Part shown: in pieces, positions 38,351 to 51,180 of the stretch
Layout: each line of letters begins with the position of its first letter
Numbering within the stretch: the first letter of the stretch is position 1
Assembly (NCBI RefSeq): GCF_001194135.2
Contig: NC_068987.1
Coordinates: 81,801,784 to 81,865,783, forward strand
Origin: Octopus bimaculoides
Lineage: Eukaryota
Reading direction: 5' to 3'
Length of the DNA stretch: 64,000 nt
The notes under the pieces: model-generated
What the model saw: only the letters and a program-made list of their open reading frames with translations
What the model was told of the DNA's origin: nothing
Database searches by the model: none
Position numbers and translations under genes: made by a program

Positions 38351-38989
38351 GGAAGTGGAACTGTAACAGAAAACAAAGAACAGAGAACTGTGACAGGACA
38401 TGATCACCTATGTCTCATAGTCTGGACATGGCACCTGAAGAAGATATGGTCAATTTATATATATATATATATATATNNNNNNNNNNNNNNNNNNNNNNNN
38501 NNNNNNNNNNNNNNNNNNNNNNNNNNNNNNNNNNNNNNNNNNNNNNNNNNNNNNNNNNNNNNNNNNNNNNNNNNNNNNNNNNNNNNNNNNNNNNNNNNNN
38601 NNNNNNNNNNNNNNNNNNNNNNNNNNNNNNNNNNNNNNNNNNNNNNNNNNNNNNNNNNNNNNNNNNNNNNNNNNNNNNNNNNNNNNNNNNNNNNNNNNNN
38701 NNNNNNNNNNNNNNNNNNNNNNNNNNNNNNNNNNNNNNNNNNNNNNNNNNNNNNNNNNNNNNNNNNNNNNNNNNNNNNNNNNNNNNNNNNNNNNNNNNNN
38801 NNNNNNNNNNNNNNNNNNNNNNNNNNNNNNNNNNNNNNNNNNNNNNNNNNNNNNNNNNNNNNNNNNNNNNNNNNNNNNNNNNNNNNNNNNNNNNNNNNNN
38901 NNNNNNNNNNNNNNNNNNNNNNNNNNNNNNNNNNNNNNNNNNNNNNNNNNNNNNNNNNNNNNNNNNNNNNNNNNNNNNNNNNNNTATAT

Positions 38990-39600
38990 ATCATCGTTTA
39001 ACGTCTGCTTTCCATGCTAGCATGGGTTGGACGATTTGACTTGGGACTGGCAAACCAGATGGCTGCACCAGGCTCCAATCTGATCTGGCTGTTTCTACAG
39101 CTGGATGCCCTTCCTAACGCCAACCAATCAGAGTGTAGTGGGTGCTTTTACGTGCCACTGGCACGAGGGCCAGTCAGGCGGTACTGGCAATGGCCACACT
39201 CAAATGGTGTTTTTTACATGCTACCTGCACAAGAGTCAGTCCAGTGGCACTGGCAACACCCTCGCTTGAATGTCTTTTCATGTGCCACCGGCATAAGTGC
39301 CAGTAAGGCGACACTGGTAACGATCACACTCAAATGGTGCTTTTTACATGCCACCAGCATGGAAGCCAGACAGCTGCTCTGGTAATGATCCCGCCCAGGT
39401 GGTGCTATTAGCGCTCCACTGGCACGGGTGCCAGTCATCGAATTTGGTTCAATTTTGATTTCACTTGCCCCAGAAGGTCTTCGCAAGCAGAGTTTAGTGT
39501 CCAATGAAGGCGAGGTTGGCATGGGTGCCAGTCGTCGAATTTGGTTCAAATTTGATTTCGATTTCACTTGCCTCAACAGGTCTTCACAAGCAGAGATTAG
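38990..39600 (-). mobile_element. RTE LINE 3' UTR with internal tandem units
   Basis: (GAT) tail at the low-coordinate end; repeated cactcaaatggtg.tttttacatgc units; 5' end matches 55815-55850. Confidence 0.8.
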
Positions 39601-40611
39601 TATCCAAAGAAGGAAAGATATATATATATATAGTGTATAAACAATTTACTTAGTTATACATGAAAGAGGTGACCTTTGACAGGGCAACTCTTTCGTGTAT
39701 AAATATGTAAATTGTTTATACGTTATTATATATGAAAATATGTTGTTTATTGACTTTATTACACATGCTAGCCACTGGTATGAAAAATTTTCTAATATTA
39801 TATATAGTCCCTAGTCAAGCACGTCTGGGCTTTGAAAGAAAGTACTGTGGAAGATCCGAGAAAAATGCAAACTGTACTTCAGTAGCAGCAGGAAGTTCAG
39901 ATTATGCCTGGCTGGGATGAGAGTGATCTTAAAAGGTTTCCAACGCACAGAAATCTACCTGAATAGCAGGAGTGAGGGGCTTAAACCTTGCCTGCCCCCA
40001 TGAAAGGAAGTACATCCTGTTGTACTTGTGCACCCCACCATGACTGCAACCACAGGCCCCTTACCTCGACCCACCAACAACCTTTCATCAATGCTGTCGA
40101 GCCTGGCAAAAAAGTTTGACCAAAGCACACACACACCCCAATGCACCCATGTACACACACATATACATCCCTATAAGATGGATACCTACAAAAGAGACTT
40201 TCTCCACTACCCTTGCCCACAAATTGTACCACTACTCATGCACAGACTCCCCCACCACACACACACACACACATTACACATCACATGATAACGTAAACAA
40301 AACCCACGATTTTATCCTTTACAGAAAGGAAACAGACCAACGAACATACCTATATATACATATACATCAGGATAAAATCATGCACATGACACCACTACAC
40401 ATATCACATACCCCATCCCCACAGTAGCACCACATTAAAATTACACATCTTCCCTACTTCAAGATAACTCTTGCTGGCTTAACAGCATACCCAACCAAGG
40501 GACATAACTGCTAACCTAATCCCCTCACCCCTTTTTCATTTCACCACCTTTTTCGCAGCAGCTGCTGACCAGTTGTGCTAATCCACCTCTGATTATAGAG
40601 TAGCTGTCCCT

Positions 40612-40719
40612 TCCATATTGGCAAACTCTGATGAGTGTAAAGTTATATAATCGGATTGTTAACTAACACTCCATTGTATTCCTTATGCGAAACCAATCGG
40701 TAAGATCAGCCGTGATGGA
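40612..40719 (+). ncRNA. Type I hammerhead ribozyme candidate, partly degenerate
   Basis: CTGATGA 40628-40634; stem II gtgtaa/ttatgc; GAAA 40689-40692; stem III ACC-aatc-GGT; GTA cleavage triplet 40700-40702; imperfect stem I (tccat..ggc..ct / ag..gcc..atgga). Confidence 0.6.
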
Positions 40720-40739
40720 TATTAAATACAATTTTGCAG

Positions 40740-40763
40740 ATTATATACCCACTCTACTGGCAG
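40740..40763 (+). CDS. Possible 24-nt microexon, (N)YIPTLLA or IIYPLYWQ
   Basis: aattttgcag| ... CAG|GTACAT; the phase 1 to 1 reading fits 37231. Short, so it could be chance. Confidence 0.25.
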
Positions 40764-41261
40764 GTACATCTTTTTCCTAGCTTATGGTCTCTTAGACAAC
40801 TCAAGCACATATATATCAATTTCATATACATATTTTCCTGCATATATATCCAAGTTCCTAGAGTAGATGTATGCTTAAATTTATCAATACACACAAGGCT
40901 GATGCCAGTAGGCAAATGGAGAACAGTAAGCAATGGTTGGCACGTATTTCAACAGAATACATCAAAACATTGTAAAACCAAAAATACTTTTTGTGAGTAA
41001 AATTTATTTATATTTAAAAGGTCTGACATGAGAATTTGACATTAAAAATTTAAATCTAAAAAGAGTTTTTTCTTTTTTTTTTTTTGTTAGTAAAAGTAAA
41101 ATGAATAAGTTGTACTTTGCTTGAAGACATTTTCATTGTATTTACAAAGTTTAGCCAAGAGCTCGAGGAAGGAAAAATACATGTGATATGTTGGTGTTTA
41201 AATGTATTTGTGGGTGCATTTATACACATACACACACATTATTATTATCATTTAATATATA

Positions 41262-42091
41262 CAGGGTGTGGTGAATAAACTGTTGTCTAAATTAGGCAAA
41301 AATGAAAATAACACTGACATCTCATTTTAACAGATATATTTACCAAAACTACATAAAAATATCTTGAAATACTAAAGAGTAAATTTATTCAATAAAATCA
41401 AAATTGGCTTTAACTGTGGTCTCCAGATGACTTTGGAATCTCCTGCAGCTCTTCTGGACAGTCTCCTTGTTTACGTTGGTGTTACAAGGAATTTTGTTGG
41501 TCTCTCACTCAATTGTGTCCCACACATAATGATCAAGGGGGTTGCAGTCTGGTGGGTTAGGTGGCCAGATTTTAGGGGTGATGTGGTCACAGAAATTGTC
41601 TGAGAGCCATGACTGGGTTTTCCTGTTTGTGTGGCATGGTGCAGAGTCCTGTTGCCAGATAAAGGGTCTTCCAGCGGCCACCCTCTTCACCTAGGGCAGC
41701 ACTACCTCCTCCAAACACTTGATGTAGGCCTCCATGTTGAGTGTGAGGCCATGTAGGAAGATGAATGGAGGCATAACGTTGCCATCACTAGTGATCACTC
41801 CAAACACCATTATATTGACTGGATGTTTGATTTTTATAATTCTCTGTATATGCACTATCCTCAGATTGGCCTCCAAACACTCTGAAATGTTCGTATTGGA
41901 GCTTCTAGTGTGAATTCCAAGCAGTGCAGCACGTTTCCAAATTTGTGGCAGTGAATTTCATCATGGTGCTATTTTTCTCACGGACGGTGCCCAAGTGACC
42001 ATGCTATACTGTGTAGATGACAAAATTAAAAAAAAACAATGCATATGCACACAAAAATATAAAATGGTGACAATTTACCCATTGCACCCTG
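41262..42091 (-). mobile_element. Internally deleted DD37D (maT) transposon with both TIRs and TA duplication
   Basis: TA-CAGGGTG ... CACCCTG-TA; WQQDSAPCH...WPPNPPDCNPLD with 37 residues between the two Asp; VNIMVFGVITSDG. Confidence 0.9.
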
Positions 42092-42097
42092 TATGTT

Positions 42098-42905
42098 ATT
42101 TTTATTATTTGCTTTTAATCTTTATGTTTGTTACAATCACTTGCCAAGACAGACCCAGTGAAGGATAAGAGATGTTTCAGTATGACTGAAAGCTTGGAGA
42201 GGGGAAGTGGCAGGGGCAGAGCAAAATATCTTCATGTACTACAACACAAGCATTTAAATGGAGTTTTTCTAAAGATGTGGGCAGTACTTGTCAGCACAAT
42301 CTTTTGGATTTCTCTGAGACATGGTTCTCCTGGGATCTTAACTAGATGTTTCTGACATCCCTTTTTTTAATTGTATTTATAGCACCTACAGTAACAGGAA
42401 CAGTTAACATATCTTTTGTATTTTAATTTCCAGGTCCTTACATTTACTTATCTTTTACAGATATATTTTTATTAGTGGGAACACATCTACAATTATTTTT
42501 TTCCCTGCATTTAATAATTATGTCTGGTCATTTAGCCTGGGTGTTCTGTCAGTGTTGATTGGAAAATCCCAGAGGATAGTAACATTTTTACCTTCAACGA
42601 CTGGCCCAGGATGATGTTCATACCAGTAACCAGGAGTGCTGATTTTGTAGTGTTTACATATTTTCCAATGTAAATACTGTCCTACCCTATCGTAGTGATG
42701 TTTGTATTCGTTTGGTATCAACACTGGACCTCCCAAGACAAGATGGTCTATTGTTTCCTTAAATATGTTGCAGAATATGCACTTATGGTCGGAACAGTTT
42801 GAAGAACATTAGCCAGATAGTTTTTGGTAAGCAAGCTTTGATCTTGTGCTGCCAATATGAAACCTTCAGTCTTTGCTTTCAATGCTGAACTTCTCAGCTA
42901 ATGAC
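42098..42905 (-). mobile_element. R4/Dong-clade LINE 3' fragment C
   Basis: EGFILAAQDQSL..C.FC..ETIDHL..YDRVGQYLHWKICKHY..WYEHHP..ILWDFPINTD; 3' UTR shared with 17080-17260. Confidence 0.85.
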
Positions 42906-42914
42906 TGGTTGTTA

Positions 42915-43339
42915 CTTGGTCTACAGCAGCATTTTGACTTCAAAGTATATACTGTCCATGAAGCCTTCTGATACTGTCCCCAAGGACCCAACAATAATTG
43001 GGTCAAAGAGGCACACATCAACTATATAGCACATGAGGTGCACCTTGTCCACAACCACTAGATCCAGTTTGTTATGCTCTAGCACCTGATCTGTTTGGAT
43101 AGGGAAATCCCAGAGTATTTTACAAGTCTCCAACTCCACCACTCTCTGTGGTTTGTTCTCATACCACACCTTGCCTCTCTCTAGCCTCCACTTTTCACAC
43201 AGTTTCAAATGTAGAACTTCCACTACCTTATGTTGGCACAACTTATGGTTTGGGGCAAGTCTAGGGCATTCACTCATGATATGGGCAATGGTTTTGTCCA
43301 CTCTGCTGCAGATGCAGCACAGTGAAAGTTGACCCTTCA

Positions 43340-43340
<1 letters not shown>
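42915..43340 (-). mobile_element. R4/Dong-clade LINE RLE fragment B
   Basis: CCIC...TIAHIMSECP.LA..WYENKPQRVVE..KILWDFPIQTD..HNKLDLVVVDK. Confidence 0.85.
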
Positions 43341-43344
<4 letters not shown>

Positions 43345-43391
<47 letters not shown>

Positions 43392-45415
43392 GATTGAACT
43401 CTGGTTCTGTCTTATTTCTGGCAGGATTTATGTGGGTAGCTGGTTACTACCTATAACCTAAAGTATCCACAAGCTTTCAATAGTTTTTCAAGTGCTTAGA
43501 ACCCTCCGGATAATCTATCCTGTTTCTTAGAGGCAAACTTTCTGTAGAAGCACTGCAGGATATTTTATTCCAGTCTCCTTCAACCATTTCTCTATATCTT
43601 TGCTCACAGTTCTCAGTGTATCAGTTATTATTAGCACAACCATTACAGTTTTCAAATTCTAAATTCTTGCAATTTCAAATTTTAAGGGATTGTATTTTTT
43701 TTTTTTTTTCTAGTCTTTTTTCTTTACAATCCTGGAATCAAATGGACATGATGGAAACAACTTCCCTTTTCCTTGTCCATTATTGTTATGTCTGGTCTTT
43801 TATTTTTTAGCCTCTTGTCTATTTGAATAGATAAGTCCCACTGAATCCTACAATTTTCCAACTCCAGCACTCTTTTGATACAGCGTTCATACTAGGTCTC
43901 CAGCTTTAGATTCTTATTTCTGGCCAAGCTTCCAGTGTAAAACTTTTACAACTTTATCAGGCTTCAATTTTTTTTTTTTTTATTCTCCCTGTGCCAACTT
44001 GGGACATTCTATCTTGTTCCAGATTCCACAGACTCTACATTTTTCTGAAACATTCTCTCCATATATATTTTCCCTCAAGTTGTTTGTTTTTATCACTTGA
44101 CATTGGGCTGCTACAAGTAGGATTTTTTTTTTTCAATTGTCCCTTTTTTAACCAAGCCTACGATTTTGTTCCACATACATCTTCAGTGGTTCTCCAAATG
44201 TGCCCATGCAGAAGTTTCTCTTCAGTCCATCTAAAGTGCTTTCTTTGAATTTCATTTTTGTCCTTTTCTCCTATTCCTCACTTAATCACCTGTTCCTTAT
44301 TCACTGTCTTCAGAAGTCTCACTGTGCTGTTTTGTAAATATTCAAGTAGGCTTTTCCTTTCCATCTGTACACACTTTTCTACAGCAATTAAGCCTCTTCC
44401 ATCCTGGTCTCTCTTCAGGTACAATCAGTCGATATCAACTTTCAGAGAGTGGGCTCCATACATTGTCAACAGCTTTCTAGTTTTCTGTTTTAGTTTCTGT
44501 GTGTCGTTTTTTGGTCCAGTCTACAATTCCAACTCAATATCTGATTAGGAGTACTGCTCTTGCATTTATTGCTTCAATAACATTTTTAGGATTCTGCTTT
44601 GACTGCAATAATTTTCTCACTCTCCTCATATACTCCCTACTGGTAATTTGTTTCATTTCTCCATGTTTTATTTCATCTGCTTCCAGTGTCCCCAAATACT
44701 TATACCACTGACCTTTCTCAACTGCTCCCATTGTTTGCCCATTTGACATTTCGATTCACTGGGATCAAAAAGTGTGCAATGTTGAAAATGAAATGAAGAT
44801 TTGAAGGAAGCTAAATTCCATATTTATGTCATTTGAGAAAATGTGAACAGAATGTGTAAGACTTTCAAGCTTTTTATCATTTTTCACATAAATCTTTATA
44901 TCGTCCATAAAAAGGAGATGATTTATCTGACCATTTCCTTTTCTCAAATCATAAGCCATTTTGACTTTCTGCAATATCAAACTGAGTGGTTTCATGGCCA
45001 ATACAAATAGTAATGGAGATAAGGTATCACTTTGAAAGAAATATTCCACATCTGATGCTCACTTTTCCAATGCTTCATATTTTCATTAACCATTTTCTCC
45101 ATATTTTCTGCCACCCCTAACATGCTTGTTACTTTATTCATCCTACTGTGCGGTACCACATCATATGCTTTTTTGTAATCCCACCATGCTACATTCAGTC
45201 CCATCAATCTGCATCGACAATTTCTAATTATCATTTTATCAACTAATAAGTAGTCTTTGTTACCCAACTTCATTTCCTGCATCCTTTCTGCATCTTTCAC
45301 TGTATATAGATCGATTCTGAAATCCTTTTGTCTTGGCACAGCTTCAAGTTGTCTTTCCCCCTGTGTTAGCCACTCTGCACTTTCTTTATGTCTCACCAGC
45401 CTGTTCCACAGTTCT
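43345..45415 (-). mobile_element. R4/Dong-clade LINE fragment A (RT to RLE to 3' UTR, (TAA)n tail)
   Basis: WWDYKKAYDVVPHS; DTLSPLLFVLAM; INHLLFMDDIKIY; YKYLG; RLE remnants; IIRRVL end; tail (AAT)n at 43345-43392. Confidence 0.9.
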
Positions 45416-45424
45416 TTCATATAC

Positions 45425-45431
45425 CTATCTG

Positions 45432-45489
<58 letters not shown>

Positions 45490-45509
45490 ACTCTCTGTCT
45501 CTCTCTGTC

Positions 45510-45580
<71 letters not shown>
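45425..45580. repeat. Compound (CTAT)n/(CT)n/(TA)n microsatellite
   Basis: Direct reading. Confidence 0.95.
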
Positions 45581-45582
<2 letters not shown>

Positions 45583-45682
45583 ATAGTATTAGGGAATAAA
45601 AACTTGTTCCAACCTTACAGGCAACAATTGGTATAATATTACACCGGGTTTCGTAATATATAATATATATGTATATGAAATA

Positions 45683-46085
45683 GGCGTAGGAGTGGCTGTG
45701 TGGTAAGTAGCTTGCTTCCCAACCACATGGTTCCAGGTTCAGTCCCACTGCGTGGCACCTTGGGCAAGTGTCTTCTACTATAGCCTCGGGCCGACCAATG
45801 CCTTCTGAGTGGATTTGGTAGATGGAAACTGAAAAGAAGCCCGTCGTGTGTATATATATATATATATGTGTGTGTGTATGCTTGTGTGTCTGTGTTTGTC
45901 CCCACAATATCGCTTGACAACCGATGCTGGTGTGTTTATGTACCCGTAACTTAGTGGTTCAGCACAAGAGACCGATAGAATAAGTACTAGGCTTACAAAA
46001 AATAAGTCCTGGAGGGTCGATTTGCTCGACTAAAGGCGGTGCTCCAGCATGGCCACAGTCAAAATGACTGAAACGAGTAAAAGAG
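45683..46085 (+). mobile_element. Best-preserved CORE-like tRNA SINE copy (bipartite, central microsatellite)
   Basis: ggagtggctgtgtggtaag..ggttcagtcccactgcgtggcaccttgggcaagtgtc..; tail gactgaaacgagtaaaagag. Many more copies, e.g. 48228-48600(-), 49205-49750(+), 52590-52860(+), 54110-54430(-), 57226-57590(-), 60618-61260(-). Confidence 0.9.
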
Positions 46086-46091
46086 CATAAC

Positions 46092-47462
46092 TAATTTAGA
46101 GACGAACCACCACTCTGCAACTCAGTCAACTAAGAACTCGTCTAAAACCATGCTGTGAGGCATATACCATATCAATATTTATCTAAGATTTTAATCTAAA
46201 ATTTCAATAATATATCATATAAAGAAATATTCATCATAAAAATATTAATTTAAAAAATTAAATAAATTATAAATAGGACAGTAAACATTTATACAATAAT
46301 ATAAATTCGGCTTATTATGTACTAACGAATTTAAAGAGATATTATTAGCTAATAAAAAATTGATTATCTCCCACGATGAACGTCATATTAAATGCAGACA
46401 TAAATTAAATTACTTATATAAATAAGTTTAGATAGCTAATTTATTTATTTAAACCTAGGATAAGGTACCAACTTATAATTATGATCAGTAGCGTAAAATA
46501 CATCAAATTAGCTTTAGAATACACTTTAATCATCACAATATTATACAAAATTAGAATATATAACTACCTTTGACTATAAAGTATTCAACGATAATATGAG
46601 CAGTCTTTTACAATGTTTCATAGCATTATTTAAGTAAAATATAATTTTCGTATGTGGTATAGTTATTATTCTGCGTAAATTTGAGTTTTAAGTATTTTAA
46701 TATTTTTAATCTTCAATAAACTTTATTTTAGGTAGATTTTCTTTTTCGATATTTTCGTTATTTTAGTAATTATAATACGCATTTACCTCTGGGTAATAGA
46801 CGCCATATTTATCACTTGACCTTTTAGTATAAATTCTATAGTACACCCATTTTGGTTTAAACTAGAGTTACTTGCCGGCAGATAAGTCATGTTTTCTAAT
46901 TTTAATTTTCTAAATATTGGCATACGTCTTTTATTAACTTTATACACTAACACATTTTTTTACTATCGTTTACTTTTTCCATAATGTTTTAACCTTGTTC
47001 ACTATAATACTGTTTTTCAATATTTTTAGATTGTAACTCTCAATAATTATATTAATACCGTTAATGTAGAGTAGTTTACAGGTTTTGTCTCTTTATATAT
47101 ATTTTTATTTCTCATGTTTATGTTTATTCCTTGAATGATTTTAGGTATTCTTTTAGGAATTTTATATAGTCCTATTTCAGCCATGAAACGCACGTAGTCT
47201 ATGTACTAGCACTGACTTTTATACATTTATACTTTCACACTTTATATTATTGTATTAATTTTTACTGTCCTATTTATAATTTATTTGATTTTTTTAAAAT
47301 TAATATTTTTATGATGAATGTTTCTTTATATGATATATTATATTTTATTAAAATTTTAGATTAAAATCTTAGATAAATATTGATATGGCATATACCTCAC
47401 AGCATGTTTTTGACGGGTTCTTAGTTGACTGAGTTGTAGAGTGGTGGTTTGTCTCTAAATTA
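46092..47462. mobile_element. 1.37-kb foldback unit with arms of about 210 bp (46092-46301 and 47245-47462), PLE-derived
   Basis: Arms are near-perfect reverse complements; the left arm runs into YNNINS/LLCTNEFKEILL..KCRHK, a PLE endonuclease C-terminus. Confidence 0.8.
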
Positions 47463-48659
47463 TATNNNNNNNNNNNNNNNNNNNNNNNNNNNNNNNNNNN
47501 NNNNNNNNNNNNNNNNNNNNNNNNNNNNNNNNNNNNNNNNNNNNNNNNNNNNNNNNNNNNNNNNNNNNNNNNNNNNNNNNNNNNNNNNNNNNNNNNNNNN
47601 NNNNNNNNNNNNNNNNNNNNNNNNNNNNNNNNATCATATTTGATGGCCTATAAGTTGCACGAGTGCATAGGATGCACCTTAACCTAGGCTATACTTTTGT
47701 AAAATAAATTACCACTGAAATGTTTTAATTCCTCCTCTTACCTGTATAACTTTATTATTACCAGTAATTATAAGCAATTTATTGCATCCACATTCGATAT
47801 AAACATACCATAGGTGATTGCTCACCAACAGATGGCAGCGCACGTTTTGTAAACATACATTCCGTTTTCAGCCTACATTGAGTGCATTGGATGCAGGGGG
47901 ATTTTTAAGCCATTTTGGGGTAAAGAAAAAAAGTGAGTCTTATAGGACATCAAATACAGTATGTATATTTATAAATTCATATAGATGGGCATAAAAGACA
48001 GCACTCTAGAGTAATATGCCATTAAACCAGTTCAAATAAACTGTATATATATATATATATAGACACTAATCAGCACCTTACCTGAATGTTAATTAGTGGT
48101 AAAGCACTCTGTGTAAATAAATGACCCAATTAGATATATCAAGTCATGACTTTTTTGAGAGAGATGGCAATTTAGTGACCACATAAATATCTTTCAGATG
48201 ATTCATGGTTTCCTGAAGTAGTCTCTTTTACTCTTTTATTTGTTTCAGTCCTTTGACTGTGGCATTGCCTTTAGTCAAGCAAATCAACCCCAGGACTTAT
48301 TCTATGTAAGCCTAGTACTTATTCTATTGGTATCTTTTGCCGAACCGCTAAGTTACGGGGACGAAAACACACCAGCATTGGTTGTCAAGCGATGTTGGAG
48401 GGGACAAACACAGACACACAAACATATATACATATATACGACGGGCTTCTTTCAGTTTCCGTCTACCACATCCACTCACAAGGCTTTGGTCGGCCCGAGG
48501 CTGTAGTAGAAGACACTTTCCCAAGGTACCACGCAGTAGGACTGAACCCAGAATCATGTGGTTGGTAAGCAAACTACTTACCACACAGCCACTCCTACAC
48601 CTGGAAATATTTTACTATCTCGGTAAAATGGGATTTTGCAGTTTGTTGTTTCTCTTCAG

Positions 48660-48745
48660 CATTCTCATTCTTTTACACTTAACCCCTTGTTACTTGCAGC
48701 AACGACCCCTAGGAACCTTTGTGCATGTTTCCTTGTAATAAAGAG
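48660..48745 (+). CDS. Candidate exon (phase 0 to 2), HSHSFTLNPLLLAATTPRNLCACFLVIK
   Basis: Strong acceptor gtttgttgtttctcttcag|, donor GAG|GTAAAT; one open frame. Confidence 0.4.
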
Positions 48746-49452
48746 GTAAATACATTGAAATATAGCTACATTTAATTTTGTTTCAGTCAGTGGAGGAGTG
48801 GTATTGCCAGGTTAGAACCTGGCAATACCACAATTAGGAGGAGCAAATTCCTAAAGTCAAGTGCTACAACTCATACCAAACATTTTTTAACTTATTTCTC
48901 TTATATTATCCAAAATATTTCATTCGTTATAAGATACGTAATTGTATTCTTCATTCATTAATTTCATGTTTCAGTAATGATGTCATTATGTATGAAACTT
49001 GCAACTGTTGATATAGGTGTGACCTGAAAGAGATGAAACTCCATGGCTTCGTTCAGTGTTGAGATGTTATGACGTCTGGGTTTGTTTCGGTTCTTCAGAT
49101 GTCAGCAGCCACTGGCACATCACAGGAGATTGAGCTGATAGTTCTAAAAACATGGGAGGTTGGTCAAATAAAGTAATGACTCCAGAAAGTTTCTTCCAAA
49201 GTCTTGTGATTAAGTGGTTGTGTGGTAAGAAGCTTGTTTCCCAACCACATGGTCCTGGGTTCACTCCCACTGTGTGGAAACTTGGACAAGTGTCTTCTAC
49301 AACAGCCTCGAGCTGACCAAAGCCTTGAGTGGACTTGATAGATGGAAACTGAAAGAAGTCCGATGTATAGAAGTCCGGTGCATGCTCCTGCCTGGTCAGA
49401 TCTTGTCAAAACCAGTTAACCCATGCCAGCATGGAAGGTGGACATTAAACGA

Positions 49453-49515
<63 letters not shown>

Positions 49516-50964
49516 CACACACATATACACACATGTGTGTGTGTGTGAGTGTATCTGTTTGTATATCTCCATCACTGCTTGACAACTGGTGTTAGTGTAT
49601 TTATGTCCCTCTAACTTAGTGGTTTGGCAAAAGAGACTGATGGAATTAGTACCTGGCTTCAAAAAGTCTTGGGGGTCAATTTGTTCGACTAAAACCTTTC
49701 AAGTCAGAGCTCCAGCATGGCCACAGTATGACTGAAACAAGTGATAGAATAAAGAGTTTTAAAAAATTAATGAAAAGGGGCCAGTTTTGGAAAACGTATT
49801 TGTGGGGAGTGTTCGCTCCCCTTACTCTCCTAAGAGCTGTTCCACTGCAGGCCATACTGGGGCACTGCCTTGAAGGGTTTTAGTTGAGCAAATTCACCCT
49901 GGTACATTTAATAAGCTTGGTACTTCTTCTGTTTGTCTCTTTTGTCAAACTGCTAAATTCTGAGGGCATAGACAAACCAACATCAGTTGCTAAGCATAAA
50001 TTTTACTCCAGCAACCTTTCGCTTCAAATCAAATTGAAGAGTAAAAATCATAAAAACTTTAAATACTTTAGATGTTTTTATGTTTTTTTTTAAACGTTTT
50101 CAGAAAAAAAAGGTGTGACATTTATAGTTAATTTTCAACACTTCACCACAAATGCCGTTCTTTCTCAATCAAATCAAACAATTAATTCTCATTTAGTTTG
50201 CTTCTAGTGTCCTTTCTTAAATTTATTGACTTCAAAATCACTTCTGCTCTATATTTGTTTGTAATAGTTTTGTGATGTTTTTGTTAATTTCTTATGCCTT
50301 GTTTGTGACATTCATTTGTCACAAACACTATTTTATTGTTGTAATTAAGAATTATTTTTATGTTTCTGTTATTTGGTTTTGAGTTGTTTTTGCTATTGAA
50401 CTGTTGTTTAAAATGTTCAAATACTTTTGTTTTTATTCATTCTTGCTGCTTAACCCTCCGCCTGTTCAAATTATTTTCATTAGTTTGGTCTAAATGACCA
50501 TGCTTATCTTTAGACTTTCAGTTAGCCCTTGTTTCATATGAGGCGTTTAGTAACAGACCACCATAAACGCCACAACTTAAAAACCAAGAAAAACGCAGTC
50601 AAAGTTTGACGAATTTCAGAATGCGATATCTTGGCAAGGAATGATGTTAAGAAGCTGGTTTTGGTCTTAAAATGACCGTGAAGATCTTCTCTAATCATTC
50701 CACCAACGTAAAATTATTTATGTATGCATCTGAAACATTAAACAAAGACTGTCTTGCTCATTTTGTAGAATATACCAGTACTACGAAGCAATATATCGCA
50801 TTGCCTATTTTAGCCATAATACCTAGGAAAAAAAAATACAGAGAACCCCCNNNNNNNNNNAAACAGATTTAGAAATTCCAGAGTTTATGATCTAAAACAG
50901 AATTTTTTTTAAATAAGAGATAATCAATCCTATTCATTTCACTGCAATATTCAATAATATTAAG

Positions 50965-51180
50965 GCGGTGAGCTGGCAGAAATATTAGCACGCCAGGTGA
51001 AATACTTAGTGATATTTCGTCTGTCTTTACGTTCTGAGTTCTAATTCCGCTGAGGTCGACTTTGCCTTTCATCCTTTCTGGTTCGATAAATTAAGTACCA
51101 GTTGTGTACTGGGGTCAATCTAATCAACTGGCCCCTTCCCCAAAAATTTCAGACTTTGTGCCTAGAGTAGAAAAGAATAT
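50965..51180 (+). mobile_element. tRNA-derived SINE (gtcgactttgcctttcatcctttc core)
   Basis: Full head ggcggtgagctggcagaa..; further copies 8262-8370, 24220-24420, 51585-51815(-), 59205-59430(-), 60120-60550 (two copies), 62130-62340. Confidence 0.9.

Noticed and set aside
39770-39965. Frame VKHVWALKE...PGWDESDLKRFP
   Set aside because: Contains in-frame stops; probably retroelement debris.
46092-47462. Polinton/Maverick, virus or NUMT interpretation of the foldback unit
   Set aside because: No (AGT)n/(AG)n terminus with a 6-bp direct duplication, no polymerase, integrase or mitochondrial motif; the left arm instead joins a PLE C-terminus.
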